Part shown: positions 13,731-29,557 of the stretch, piece by piece
Position numbering within the stretch: position 1 is the stretch's first letter
Layout of the letters: each line of letters opens with the position of its first letter
Assembly: GCA_044892525.1 (NCBI GenBank)
Contig: CM097885.1
Coordinates: 45,448,001 to 45,512,000, forward strand
Direction of reading: 5' to 3'
DNA length: 64,000 bases
Source of the DNA: Schmidtea polychroa
Lineage: Eukaryota
Notes under the pieces: generated by a model
The model's input: only the letters and a program-made list of their open reading frames with translations
What the model was told of the DNA's origin: nothing
Database searches by the model: none
Translations under genes and position numbers: made by a program

Positions 13731-15835
13731 AAAAATTTGGACTAAAAATCCCTAAAAGCAAAAATGTGAGTTGCCGCAATTGCGTAATAAAAAGTTGCCG
13801 CAGACCCCCCCCCCGGGGGGGGAGTAATTGCGGCAGGGAGCTCCTAACTACCTACTGAAGTGTTGTCATTGTCATTGATGATTTGAATCAAGAAGCAAAT
13901 AAAAAATTGACTTTAGTAAGAAGAAATGTCAATGTAACAGTAATTTTTTTAACTCGAAATATATGTCATCATACTGTTGCACAGAATATTTTCAAAAATC
14001 CAAGAGACACAACTGTTACTGATCTTTTTACAAGGCAAGCATATCCCAACAATCGCAAAATATGGGTTATTTGGACAAAATATTATATTTTGCCAAAATA
14101 TTTACGGAAAACACATCAAAACATATTTATTTTAAATTGGTTTTGGCTCCAGAATTTAAATCAATTTCAAGACATCACATTTGTTAAAGCTACCGAAGAA
14201 CCAGTAATAATATATGAAGTTTATGAAAATGAAATTCAAATAACGACAAATCGAACAGTACTAGTATAAATGTGTTTATACTGATCTCGCTGTATAAATT
14301 AATCCAGGCTCAATTTTATATGTTTGTACATCACTAACAAAGAGCGCGATAGTACGTCATACACATCTTATATTGCAAAAAATGTTGCTACTCTGGATAT
14401 TAGCATCAACAATGATTTTGCTTGTTTCAGATTTCAAATTTGATTGTTATATTTCAAAATTCATATCCTTTAATTCTTCTGAACTTTTATTATAATCTAT
14501 TTCAGGAGCATCTACTCCAGTGTTTTCCAAAATTTTTTTATTGGCGATACACTTTTTTTCACTTATTGTCGTGACACCAAGTAAATTACAAATTTTAGAA
14601 CTATCTTGAATGCCTAAAATTCAAATAAGTTTAAAATATTATTCAACAATTTCACCGTATACTTATTTTATTTATTTGTTTTTTTTATTAATTCCTCTTT
14701 TTAAACAATCAAAAGGTGTTTTATTTTAATTAAAAATTAATTCATTTTCGATTTCACAAATAAATATTTTATCACAAATATTCAGCTTATTTTTTTAAAG
14801 ATTTTTTATTCAAGATAAATCATGAATTTCCTGTTTACAGAATAAAAATTTAAAATAAAAACAAATTATAATATGGGATAGGAATAAAAGTGAAATTTTA
14901 GGACTAATAAGATATACAAATTCTCAAATGTTACCGTTTTTTTCAGTTTCACAACAATATGAATGGGTTACATAATTTTTAAATAAAAGTTATATGAAAT
15001 ATCTTTAAATAGTCTTTAAAACACAATCAAAGATCCCTTTCTAAACATTGCTAATTAGAGTAGTATTTTTAAACTCTCTATATTCACTTTATATGTTTGA
15101 ATGTTTGTATTAGTAACACAAATATTGCGACGGCAAATTAACTCACTTCCTGTAATCGAATCGAGCTCAGATTTGGCAGATAGATTCATCGTCGAGAACA
15201 ATGCATTCTTTCAAAATCTTTTCAAATTGATCGAAGGTACTATAAATATTAATAAAATGTTCAAAGTAATTTCTTAACTAGGTAATTTTGCGTAATATTA
15301 AATATTTCATAGAATTGAGCCGCCTGTCTCATATAACAACCTCCTCTAATCTCTCCATGATAAGTGCTGAAATCGTTAGGACTTGATTTGTCAATGCGGT
15401 TTTTGCATTCAATTCTAACAGTAACATGTCACATATCTTCAAATGAAGATTATGAAAGTATCTAATGGGTTTGTCAAAATGAACCGTAGTCGGATAAATT
15501 TGAGAAATACTGATTTAAAAAATATTTACCTTAGGATTCACTTTTTATTTCTAGCAACGACGTGTTGCAAAATAGTTACTTTTTCATTTTGTAAAATTAG
15601 AGGCAGACAAGCGGTTCCGTAGGACTCAGTTAATGAAAGCTGCATGGCATCATATTAAACTTTTTTTTGGTCTATTTCAGATTATTTATTGCGTGATGTA
15701 TCACCATCAGTCCTAAGCATTTACTGCATGAATTTTTCGAAACTCTCTTTATATGTCTTTTCTTTAAAGATTTCTCTAAAACCTTTAATGATTTCTTTAT
15801 ATTTCAGAAGCGTTCTTTATTAATATTCGTAAATT

Positions 15836-15880
<45 letters not shown>

Positions 15881-18169
15881 TTTGTTAATGAACTTTACCT
15901 TTATAAATTAGATTCTTACTTGGCATTTTCGTGGTATGTATTTGTTATTTACTATTCATTAAAAAAATTTTTGAAGACATTCTGTAGCAAAGGTGTTTTA
16001 GAACATTAGTGAACAGGTTGAAATATACGTTCTTATTATTTGTTGGGCTAATTCTCAGCAGTTTTCGATTTTTTTAATATAAAAATACATATGCAAATGC
16101 ATTAAGTTCAATCAAAAAATACATAATAATACTTCAAGTAACAAACAGTAGAGATAAAGACACCGTTAGAATAAGTGAATAGGTAAAGATATAATAATTA
16201 AACACTAGGTTCTAAGTACCTTCATAATTAGAGATGCTTTTACATAATGCATTACAGAAGTCTGCTACCTTAAAGACGACAATGAATTAAAAGAAAAATT
16301 ATTGTTGAGTTTACATATGAAAGACTATAATTCGAATTCATCGAAATGATTGTCTTATATTGACAAACGAAAGTGTCATAATTGAATTTAATAGTCAGTT
16401 TTAAGCAAAAATGTGTCAATGCTAAATTCTGAAATTAATGACATTTCTTGAAATGTTTAATTTTTAAAAAGTAGTTTTATGAGAATATGGCTTTTTAGAG
16501 ACTGATTAGAGTCAGTACTTCTTAAATTAAGTATGCCGGTGGTCAGAAAAACAAACATTTCCTGAGCCCGCATTTTGAACAAGGTTTAAACTGATTGTTT
16601 TGACTCACCCATTTATGGAACCACCATTCAAACCAGAACTCTGGAACCACATAAATTAGTACTTTGCAAGAAATATTTGCATCAGATGGTTTATAAAGGA
16701 TAAAGTTTAACGCATGTAGACTAATTGGTTTTTGCTGATTCTTTTTAGAAAATATATTATATATTTAAAGATGAAGTAATGACTACTGACGGGATAAGTC
16801 GGACATCATAAACCTCAGGGTAATATTTTCCTGAAAGGATAAAATTCGCTTTTAATTTAAAACGGAAAATTGCTAATAAACATTTAAATTGTATTTATCA
16901 AATTAAATAAATTTTTATATAAACATTTAAATTAATAAATTAAAGTAAGCTTAAAATATATATTATTACTTAATTAATAAATTAAACCAGCATTGAAATC
17001 AAAATCAAATTTAAAAGAAGAGCCTCGAAGATATTTGTTTAAATATTACGAAAAAAACGCAGTTTTGTGAATAGAATACATTTTAGCTAAGTGATTTTAT
17101 TTTGGTAATTTTAATAAGTAATTTTATTAATGGATACCGAAAAAGAATTTGATGTCGTTGCTGCTAACAATTCCTAAGCAAAAAATAATTCCTTCTAAAA
17201 CAAATGGAAAGAATAAAATATTTTATTAAGGAAATTTATTTTCTGAACATTTATTCATATTTTTTATGAGAAAACCGTTATTATAAAGGTCCCCAATTAT
17301 TGTATTAATGAATATATTATTTTCATTGGATTGGAAGCTTAATTTAAACAAAAAAAATATAATTTCCATTGAATTATCTATTAAAAATTAACAAACGATT
17401 GAACAAAACTCAAGTTCATCTGATTGATATTGAAATTCTGAATGGTCCTTACATAAAAATGAAAATATCGAATTTCCAATGGTAAAAGAATATCACAAAT
17501 GCTGTTTTCAGCTATTTTCATTTGTTGTAATTATGAATAAATTGATGTGGTTTCGGTCTGCTTAAATTTATATTTTATTATATTTATAAAATTTTTTTAT
17601 TGATAGTCGTTCAGTATCACAAGATTTGGCTACTAATATTTATTAACTTAAAAAGGTAAAAATGGCCATTCATACATCTTTTTCACTATAGTAGTATGAT
17701 GTGAGCTCCCCAGAACAGGAGCTCCCCGCATCACATATACCCCCTCCCCCCCCCGGGAAAAAAATTTTTTTTTTAAAAAAAATAAAAGGTCAAGGTCAAG
17801 GTCATTTTTTTTTTAATTTAATTTTTTGTTTTAATTAAGTGGTCTGGCGGGCTCCTACTTTTTTTCATCCCAAAAGTTAATGTTCCCGCCAACAGATTTT
17901 ATTGGACGATACCTCATCTTAAAGCTCAGTCCAAGACCTTTCGAATGAGTTATAGGTATCTTATATATCTTTAATAGTTTTAATGTTATTAACATTTAAT
18001 GACCACCATCTTTTCAAAGTTAAATTATTATTTGTCAAAATATTATTAAGCGATCCAGAGGGCCCCTACTTTTTGTCATCCCAAAGATTAATGTTCCCGC
18101 CAACATATTATATTGATCGATAGCTTATTTTAAAGCTCTGTGCAAGACCTTTCTAATGAGATATAGATT

Positions 18170-18915
18170 TCTATAATATGATGACTCATCACATTTTTAG
18201 AACAAAGACAATGTCTCATCATATTTTTAGAACGATGCCTAATATTTTTAGAACGATGCCTAATATTTTTAGAACGATGCCTAATATTTTTAGAACTATT
18301 ACGTAATCGATGTCTAATATTTTTAGAACTGTTACGTAATCGATGTCTAATATTTTTAGAACGATGTCTAATATTTTTAGAATGGTGCCTCTCATTTTTA
18401 GAACGATGCCTAATATTTTTAGAACGATGCCTAATATTTTTAGAACGATGCCTAATATTTTTAGAACGATTACGTAATAATTTTAGAACGATGCCTAATA
18501 TTTTTAGAACGATGCCTAATATTTTTAGAACGATGTCTAATATTTTTAGAATGGTGCCTCTTATTTTTAGAACGATGTCTAATATTTTTAGAATGATTAC
18601 GTAATAATTTTAGAACGATGCATAATATTTTAGAACTATTACGTCATACTTTTAGAACGACGCCTAATATTTTTAGAACTATTACGTCATATTTTTAGAA
18701 TGATGCCTCTTAATTTTAGAATGATGCCTAATATTTTTAGAACTATTACGTAATCGACGTCTAATATTTTTAGAACAAAGACAATGACTCATCACATTTT
18801 TAGAACGATGCCTAATATTTTTAGAACGATGCCTAATATTTTTAGAACGATGCCTAATATTTTTAGAATGATTACGTCATACTTTTAGAACGAAGCCTAA
18901 TATTTTTAGAATTAA
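18170..18915. repeat. 21-bp minisatellite (atttttagaacgatgcctaat)n in the left arm
   Basis: Dozens of tandem, slightly variable units. Confidence 0.95.
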
Positions 18916-19050
18916 TAATTTTGTTTTAATTATCGATGATTATATAATTTTGTTTAAATCATTGATTATATAATTCTTTTGTTTTAATTATCGAATACGT
19001 AATAATATAATTTTGTTTAAATCGTTGATTACATATTATTATTTTCTAAG

Positions 19051-19104
<54 letters not shown>

Positions 19105-19255
19105 CATATATACACCGAGTCTATCCGACAAGATATTCTGTCCCCCTATGGGTACTGCTCACAAATGTACTACTCACATTCAACAAGTCACAAGGGTACT
19201 GCTCACACTCAATATGTCGTAAATTATTATTATTATTATTTCAAATACAAGTTCA

Positions 19256-19334
<79 letters not shown>

Positions 19335-19705
19335 TATTATTACGCGCACGGGGAATATTATTATCATATATACTCTTAATCTATCCGACAAAATATTCTA
19401 TCCCTTTATGGGTATTGCTCATGTGGGTAATGGTCAAAGGTGTACTACTCACATTCAACATGTCTCAAAGGGTATAATATAATTATTATTAAATTCTGAC
19501 CAACTTAAATCAATGAAGGGGTAGAACAAAAATATATTAAGTTGCGGTATTTTAAATTTAAAAATATTTTAAAAACTTATTTTGACACTAAAGTTTACTT
19601 AATTAACAAAGACATAATTATTGCACATGCTTTGCATAAATATTATTATTTTTTGCATTTTTAATATTTTCATTCAAAGTATTATTTCAAAGTAACACGC
19701 GCGGG

Positions 19706-19742
<37 letters not shown>

Positions 19743-20024
19743 GCAAATATTTCAAAGTAACACGTGCGGGTATTATTATTATTATTGAAAAACCTAAAAT
19801 ATTTTTTTACACACACATACAACTCATTAAACTTATTATTATTATTATTATTATTGCAAATATTAGTCAAAAACCTAAAATATTATTTACAGTCACACAA
19901 CCCATTAACAATTATTATTATCAATATTAGTGAAAACCTAAAATATCTTCTACACACATATACAACCCATTAACCATTATTATTATTGCAAATATTAGTC
20001 AAAAACATAAAAACACTCATAAAC

Positions 20025-20106
<82 letters not shown>

Positions 20107-23100
20107 ATTATTATTATTATTAGTGAAAAAACCTTAAATAATTTTTACATACTAAGTTATGGGGTAGAGTATTATTATGTTTGCAGTATTCTGTGTTTGC
20201 CTTTACAGGAAGTTGTCAATAAGGAGCGATAATTTTACACACACATTCTATATACACATACCTTGTTTAACATGGGTGTATATACTCATAGTTTATCCGA
20301 CAAAATATTCTGTCCCCCTATGGGTATTGGTCGTAAGGGTACTACTCACACTCAACATGTCGCAAGGGTATATTAATTAAGGTTAGCAAATAAAACTTAT
20401 CACACACACTATTTAAACGATAAAAATCAAGACAAGAGAGGACAAGGCAAAGTGTATGCATTTAGTATTGCCAGGCCTAATGAGCAGTGACCAAATATCT
20501 GTGCCTGAAAGACACGGTGGATATTTGTTCGCGTCCACAAGGGTCGTCTGTGCCTCCCCCAAGTGGGGTCAGAAGAACCTGGGCATTATAGTTTTCCGTA
20601 TGGAACATTACGCCTAGCATGGGTAGTCAACTACCAGCACATTCGAAACGTATAATTTCAAAATACATGCGTCATTGGCACTATAACCAAATTAATTATT
20701 GTTTTCACTAACACAAATATATATTTACAGAGGCCTCCCACTAGTTGGATTACAACCGCCCACCACGACGATCAGCTTGTAAATATATATTAATTAAGGG
20801 ATAAAGAGGACCCACCCAACCCTATTATATTTAATTTACAAATTTTTCTCGCTCTTCTGCTGGTAATCTATCTCAAAATTATCATCTCCATAGGGCCATT
20901 TGGAATACATCTTGCAAATTGGACGTATTTCTTAGTCTCTGATGCGGCGTCCACTATCATTGCTAAAATTTATATTGATTTAAAAGCAATTAACTTACAT
21001 TATCTAGCATTTTATCATCACAGGCTTGATAAATTAGGCAACTGTTATTTGTGGTATACTTTTTCAATGTCATTTCCCACCATAAAACACAGATACCTAA
21101 ATATAATATATATATTTTAAAGAATTAATTCATATCTTACATTAATAATAATATTCTTCAGGTAGTACTTTACAATATCTAATTGCTAAAACATCGGTTT
21201 TTCCCATTTTTCTTGACATTCGTTGAAAGTTTACATAATTTAAGTCTGATAATTCATGTTGAAGGACACCCACAATCATTTAAGAAATCCCGAACATAGC
21301 AATGTTTCACCATTTTGTCTGGTTCATTTTCTTCTATAATTCATGTTTTAATAAGAAATTTCTAAATCTAGAACATAAGTCATTTAGTGTTTCACCATTT
21401 TGTTCATCTTCTTCATAATTATATAATTCATTTTCTTCATTACTAAGTAAAATAATTAAAATATTGTAGTAAATTCTTTATTTACTTACTTTATGGATAC
21501 TAAAACGAAAGAAATAAAGTTATATCAAAAGTATATTTAAATAATTTAAATTTAGTTATTTAAACATATTTAAACACTTTAGTTATTTAAGCATATTTAA
21601 ACATTAATATTATTATATAGTATAATTTTATATAATTTTATATAATATTATAATATTATAATATTATGTATTGTAAATTTAATATATCCTTAATTTAATT
21701 TTTTAAATTCAAAAATTTATAATGAAGATTCTTTGAATTAAAAAATATTCTGTTAGTATTTCCAGGCAGAAAACAACAATTCAATAATTAAAATCTTAAT
21801 TTTCATGTTGTTAGGGTTGTGGCCAGAAGTTAATCGCCATCTAATCGTTTGTTCTCAATTTCGCTCATTTTTGTTCAAAACATTCAGGTGAGTTGTTATC
21901 TGGAAAGTTTCTTTGAGCTCAGTTTTGTTAAAACACTCACGGTATTTTTGAGGGACGTGACACTGGAAATAAATTAACAATGGGTGGTCTTGCATACATG
22001 TTTTTGGTTTGAACTGTTGATTTATTTTAGAAATATGTATATTAAAAACATTTAAGGTATCATTCAGTAAAATAATATAGTATTTTTGAGTTAATTTATA
22101 AATAACCTTATTTTGATATATCAATAAAGACCATATACTCCTAGTTTATCCGACAAAATATTCTGTCCCCCTATGGGTATTGCTAGCAAGGGTACTGGTC
22201 ACACTCAACAAGTCGCAAGGGTATATTAATCATTTAGAAATTCTTAGGTAAGATAATCAGAAATTTGTGAATATTTTAAATGTAACTTTACACTTATGTC
22301 GAGCGACTAATTTATTGGTTAACCTTTTAGACATTTAAAGCAAAAGGTAATTTATTCATCTAATGTTCGTTACAATAGTTAATAATATGAGAAAAACATG
22401 GTCTTTATTCATTGATAATTTTAAATTCTTTATCATTTGGAGTAAATTTGTTTGAGGCAAAAATAATTAAAGGAGTCATAATAGAAATATGGTTATCATT
22501 TATCCAATTAAGGGGCTTATTAGTTAGAAATATAAAGTAACAATTATTTTCTAATTTAATTAGATGATCATTAGACGTAATATATCTTTGCGAGAAATTT
22601 AAGATGTTTGAGTAACCAAAACATGGATATTTTGTGCGATAAATTTATGAATATTGTTTAATTTTGTTATTTTTAGTCATTTAAAATAATATTTAGCAAA
22701 GGTAATTTAGCAAAATATCATTGAAAGATTTATCCATCCGATAATAATATTCCTTCAATAGATTTTACATTTAATATTCAACCGATTTAATTTCTAGAAA
22801 TCTAATTAAAATCATAAAATTCCTTCAATAAAGATCAGTTTTCTTTAGCCGTTGTCGATTTCCAACTTTTAAGTCAATATTTCTCAAGTTTTGTCACTGA
22901 TGTTCCCACAATGAATAAAATAACTTCTTAAGTAAATAATTTAAAGCAATAACCTTTGATATCAATCACAATTAATTCTAAAGATTTCAAATATTTCATT
23001 GTGAAAACCAAGTAAATTGATCATTAACCATAAACGACTTAATAAAACAGTGGATAATTAATAAAAAACTGGTTCTAAAACATAAATCTAAATTACTGTG

Positions 23101-26100
23101 CAATAACATTCATCACAACCTAATAAACCTCTAAAACGATATAATTTCACAGGAACTATTATTAATTCATAGCTAAATACTGACTATTTCCCTTTAAAAT
23201 TTTACCAATAAGAACATTGTCGATTTAAATAGAGATTTCAAACATTTCCACCTTAACCGATCCCTCACCAAATATTTCTATCATTTTAAACACCTTAAAA
23301 ATCATATATTACCATCTTAACCAACCGACTTTAATATATCAGACCTTTAATATATCAATTCTCTTAAAATCCATAGAAAATTCTTCAAAATATGAATTTT
23401 ATTTAATTGTTACAGACATCCTTCCATTGAAATAATTTAGTATCTAAATTCATGTAGTAAGAGCCCATTAAAAAATCAAAATTTACTAAAATCAATATTT
23501 TCTACAAATATTTCACCACATTTACCATCAAATACCTAACTAGAGATGAAATATATCGATTGATCATAATTCTTCATCGATTCAGCTAATTATATAGCAA
23601 TTATAACGTGATATATCTTTCAAAATCACAAATTTCAGTATATTTTACAATAATGTTTACAAAAATTAAATAATAATCACTTGATTATTGTAAAAACTCT
23701 AATTATTAACCTAACTGTCATTAAAAATAATTTTTATTTAAAAGTAAATTTAAAAACAAGTCAATAAAATATAGCAAATTATCAAGAAATTAATTAAATT
23801 TGTCTTAGAATTAACACTAAAACGTTAAATTTCAAAATATTCTTTCAATTATTCACAAAAAGGTTAGTAATAATGTTAGTAAAATCCCGCTAACTCTAAA
23901 AATTACCAATGAATTTAATGCTAAATAATAACCAAAAATTTGCCTAAATAAAATCATTAAAACACACCAGTACCTTTACGACCAGTACCCTTACGAGCAG
24001 TACCAATTGTGAACAGTACCCATAGAGGGAGAAAATATCTTGTCGGATAAACTCAGAGTATATATAATAAAACGAATTAACAATAACTCCATCAAATTGA
24101 ATCAGTCAAATTAACACAAATTTGATAAAAAATCTTATTCTAAAATGGTAAGAAGCGTAAAGTCGAAAGATAATTTTAATAACACCGAGATAAATTAACA
24201 ATATTATTCTCAGGTGGTAAGAATCTTCATTAAAGTTCGGAAATTATTTATTATTCTGTCATAAAATTATAATAAACTTCAAAGGGGTTAAAATAAGTGT
24301 TAGAATTATTCATTATTGGATTATGGAAGGTCAATGAAAACATACTGAGAAGTGGCATGGATATATATTAATTGTATTTATTTAAAATTATTTCATAAAA
24401 TTCATAAATTTCATAAAAATTCATAAAAAACGTTCACTTTAATAAAAAATATTTAATACAATTTTAAAAGAAATATTTACCGGGAGAATATAAATGATAA
24501 TAATTAGTGAAAAATCGAGAGTCGGCGGCTATAAGTGATGAGGATATATAAATAAAATTATTTCTATTATATGAGCTACTAACGAATTAAAATATTTTAA
24601 TAATGTGATAAACTTTTATTTAATAAAGTATTTAATCCCCAAATAATTATTTTATTACATATGAAACCGTGAAGGGTATTTGACAGAGTAATTATGATAA
24701 ATTCATATTTTAAATTATTCTTTAAGTCCTTTAATATTAACAATTTATTATTAAATTTACTATTTTACACTAAATATTTCAAAAACAAATATTCTAAAAG
24801 ATAATTTAAGATACATTACTCTTTTTAATGAAATTGAGCACTGAAAGTTAAAAGGGATACTGGAAAACTCACTCAAATATAACCGAAAGTTATAAAACAA
24901 CAAAACTAAATTCGTTTAAATATTTTATAGCAATTGGTAGTTCTTATAATTTCCTAACTTAAATGAAGATTCTTACCACCTGAGAATAATATTGTTAATT
25001 TATCTCGGTGTTATTAAAATTATCTTTCGACTTTACGCTTCTTACCATTTTAGAATAAGATTTTTTATCAAATTTGTGTTAATTTGACTGATTCAATTTG
25101 ATGGAGTTATTGTTAATTCGTTTTATTATATATACTCTGAGTTTATCCGACAAGATATTTTCTCCCTCTATGGGTACTGTTCACAATTGGTACTGCTCGT
25201 AAGGGTACTGGTCGTAAAGGTACTGGTGTATTTTAATGATTTTATTTAGGCAAATTTTTGGTTATTATTTAGCATTAAATTCATTGGTAATTTTTAGAGT
25301 TAGCGGGATTTTACTAACATTATTACTAACCTTTTTGTGAATAATTGAAAGAATATTTTGAAATTTAACGTTTTAGTGTTAATTCTAAGACAAATTTAAT
25401 TAATTTCTTGATAATTTGCTATATTTTATTGACTTGTTTTTAAATTTACTTTTAAATAAAAATTATTTTTAATGACAGTTAGGTTAATAATTAGAGTTTT
25501 TACAATAATCAAGTGATTATTATTTAATTTTTGTAAACATTATTGTAAAATATACTGAAATTTGTGATTTTGAAAGATATATCACGTTATAATTGCTATA
25601 TAATTAGCTGAATCGATGAAGAATTATGATCAATCGATATATTTCATCTCTAGTTAGGTATTTGATGGTAAATGTGGTGAAATATTTGTAGAAAATATTG
25701 ATTTTAGTAAATTTTGATTTTTTAATGGGCTCTTACTACATGAATTTAGATACTAAATTATTTCAATGGAAGGATGTCTGTAACAATTAAATAAAATTCA
25801 TATTTTGAAGAATTTTCTATGGATTTTAAGAGAATTGATATATTAAAGGTCTGATATATTAAAGTCGGTTGGTTAAGATGGTAATATATGATGTTTAAGG
25901 TGTTTAAAATGATAGAAATATTTGGTGAGGGATCGGTTAAGGTGGAAATGTTTGAAATCTCTATTTAAATCGACAATGTTCTTATTGGTAAAATTTTAAA
26001 GGGAAATAGTCAGTATTTAGCTATGAATTAATAATAGTTCCTGTGAAATTATATCGTTTTAGAGGTTTATTAGGTTGTGATGAATGTTATTGCACAGTAA

Positions 26101-29087
26101 TTTAGATTTATGTTTTAGAACCAGTTTTTTATTAATTATCCACTGTTTTATTAAGTCGTTTATGGTTAATGATCAATTTACTTGGTTTTCACAATGAAAT
26201 ATTTGAAATCTTTAGAATTAATTGTGATTGATATCAAAGGTTATTGCTTTAAATTATTTACTTAAGAAGTTATTTTATTCATTGTGGGAACATCAGTGAC
26301 AAAACTTGAGAAATATTGACTTAAAAGTTGGAAATCGACAACGGCTAAAGAAAACTGATCTTTATTGAAGGAATTTTATGATTTTAATTAGATTTCTAGA
26401 AATTAAATCGGTTGAATATTAAAGGTAAAATCTATTGAAGGAATATTATTATCGGATGGATAAATCTTTCAATGATATTTTGCTAAATTACCTTTGCTAA
26501 ATATTATTTTAAATGACTAAAAATAACAAAATTAAACAATATTCATAAATTTATCGCACAAAATATCCATGTTTTGGTTACTCAAACATCTTAAATTTCT
26601 CGCAAAGATATATTACGTCTAATGATCATCTAATTAAATTAGAAAATAATTGTTACTTTATATTTCTAACTAATAAGCCCCTTAATTGGATAAATGATAA
26701 CCATATTTCTATTATGATTCCTTTAAATATTTTTGCCTCGAACAAATTTACTCCAAATGATAAAGAATTTAAAATTATCAATGAATAATGACCATGTTTT
26801 TCTCATATTATTAACTATTGTAACGAACATTAGATGAATAAATTACCTTTTGCTTTAAATGTCTAAAAGGTTAACCAATAAATTAGTCGCTCGACATAAG
26901 TGTAAAGTTACATTTAAAATATTCACAAATTTCTGATTATCTTACCTAAGAATTTCTAAATGATTAATATACCCTTGCGACTTGTTGAGTGTGACCAGTA
27001 CCCTTGCTAGCAATACCCATAGGGGGACAGAATATTTTGTCGGATAAACTAGGAGTATATGGTCTTTATTGATATATCAAAATAAGGTTATTTATAAATT
27101 AACTCAAAAATACTATATTATTTTACTGAATGATACCTTAAATGTTTTTAATATACATATTTCTAAAATAAATCAACAGTTCAAACCAAAAACATGTATG
27201 CAAGACCACCCATTGTTAATTTATTTCCAGTGTCACGTCCCTCAAAAATACCGTGAGTGTTTTAACAAAACTGAGCTCAAAGAAACTTTCCAGATAACAA
27301 CTCACCTGAATGTTTTGAACAAAAATGAGCGAAATTGAGAACAAACGATTAGATGGCGATTAACTTCTGGCCACAACCCTAACAACATGAAAATTAAGAT
27401 TTTAATTATTGAATTCGTTGTTTTCTGCCTGGAAATACTAACAGAATATTTTTTAATTCAAAGAATCTTCATTATAAATTTTTGAATTTAAAAAATTAAA
27501 TTAAGGATATATTAAATTTACAATACATAATATTATAATATTATAATATTATATAAAATTATATAAAATTATACTATATAATAATATTAATGTTTAAATA
27601 TGCTTAAATAACTAAAGTGTTTAAATATGTTTAAATAACTAAATTTAAATTATTTAAATATACTTTTGATATAACTTTATTTCTTTCGTTTTAGTATCCA
27701 TAAAGTAAGTAAATAAAGAATTTACTACAATATTTTAATTATTTTACTTAGTAATGAAGAAAATGAATTATATAATTATGAAGAAGATGAACAAAATGGT
27801 GAAACACTAAATGACTTATGTTCTAGATTTAGAAATTTCTTATTAAAACATGAATTATAGAAGAAAATGAACCAGACAAAATGGTGAAACATTGCTATGT
27901 TCGGGATTTCTTAAATGATTGTGGGTGTCCTTCAACATGAATTATCAGACTTAAATTATGTAAACTTTCAACGAATGTCAAGAAAAATGGGAAAAACCGA
28001 TGTTTTAGCAATTAGATATTGTAAAGTACTACCTGAAGAATATTATTATTAATGTAAGATATGAATTAATTCTTTAAAATATATATATTATATTTAGGTA
28101 TCTGTGTTTTATGGTGGGAAATGACATTGAAAAAGTATACCACAAATAACAGTTGCCTAATTTATCAAGCCTGTGATGATAAAATGCTAGATAATGTAAG
28201 TTAATTGCTTTTAAATCAATATAAATTTTAGCAATGATAGTGGACGCCGCATCAGAGACTAAGAAATACGTCCAATTTGCAAGATGTATTCCAAATGGCC
28301 CGATGGAGATGATAATTTTGAGATAGATTACCAGCAGAAGAGCGAGAAAAATTTGTAAATTAAATATAATAGGGTTGGGTGGGTCCTCTTTATCCCTTAA
28401 TTAATATATATTTACAAGCTGATCGTCGTGGTGGGCGGTTGTAATCCAACTAGTGGGAGGCCTCTGTAAATATATATTTGTGTTAGTGAAAACAATAATT
28501 AATTTGGTTATAGTGCCAATGACGCATGTATTTTGAAATTATACGTTTCGAATGTGCTGGTAGTTGACTACCCATGCTAGGCGTAATGTTCCATACGGAA
28601 AACTATAATGCCCAGGTTCTTCTGACCCCACTTGGGGGAGGCACAGACGACCCTTGTGGACGCGAACAAATATCCACCGTGTCTTTCAGGCACAGATATT
28701 TGGTCACTGCTCATTAGGCCTGGCAATACTAAATGCATACACTTTGCCTTGTCCTCTCTTGTCTTGATTTTTATCGTTTAAATAGTGTGTGTGATAAGTT
28801 TTATTTGCTAACCTTAATTAATATACCCTTGCGACATGTTGAGTGTGAGTAGTACCCTTACGACCAATACCCATAGGGGGACAGAATATTTTGTCGGATA
28901 AACTATGAGTATATACACCCATGTTAAACAAGGTATGTGTATATAGAATGTGTGTGTAAAATTATCGCTCCTTATTGACAACTTCCTGTAAAGGCAAACA
29001 CAGAATACTGCAAACATAATAATACTCTACCCCATAACTTAGTATGTAAAAATTATTTAAGGTTTTTTCACTAATAATAATAATAAT

Positions 29088-29169
<82 letters not shown>

Positions 29170-29514
29170 GTTTATGAGTGTTTTTATGTTTTTGACTAAT
29201 ATTTGCAATAATAATAATGGTTAATGGGTTGTATATGTGTGTAGAAGATATTTTAGGTTTTCACTAATATTGATAATAATAATTGTTAATGGGTTGTGTG
29301 AGTGTAAATAATATTTTAGGTTTTCACTAATATTGATAATAATAATTGTTAATGGGTTGTGTGAGTGTAAATAATATTTTAGGTTTTTGACTAATATTTG
29401 CAATAATAATAATAATAATAATAAGTTTAATGAGTTGTATGTGTGTGTAAAAAAATATTTTAGGTTTTTCAATAATAATAATAATACCCGCACGTGTTAC
29501 TTTGAAATATTTGC

Positions 29515-29557
<43 letters not shown>

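Noticed and set aside
13883..15700. Possible multi-exon gene remnant (coding-like patches, ORF 13883..14269)
   Set aside because: No recognisable motif and frames are broken; cannot be supported.
21855..22124. 89-aa ORF, identical at 27069..27338, as a real gene
   Set aside because: Identity is explained by the inverted arms; it has a non-ATG start and no recognisable motif.
24248..24945. Spacer of the palindrome as a remnant of a Maverick core gene
   Set aside because: No open frame or polymerase, ATPase or capsid motif recognised by eye.
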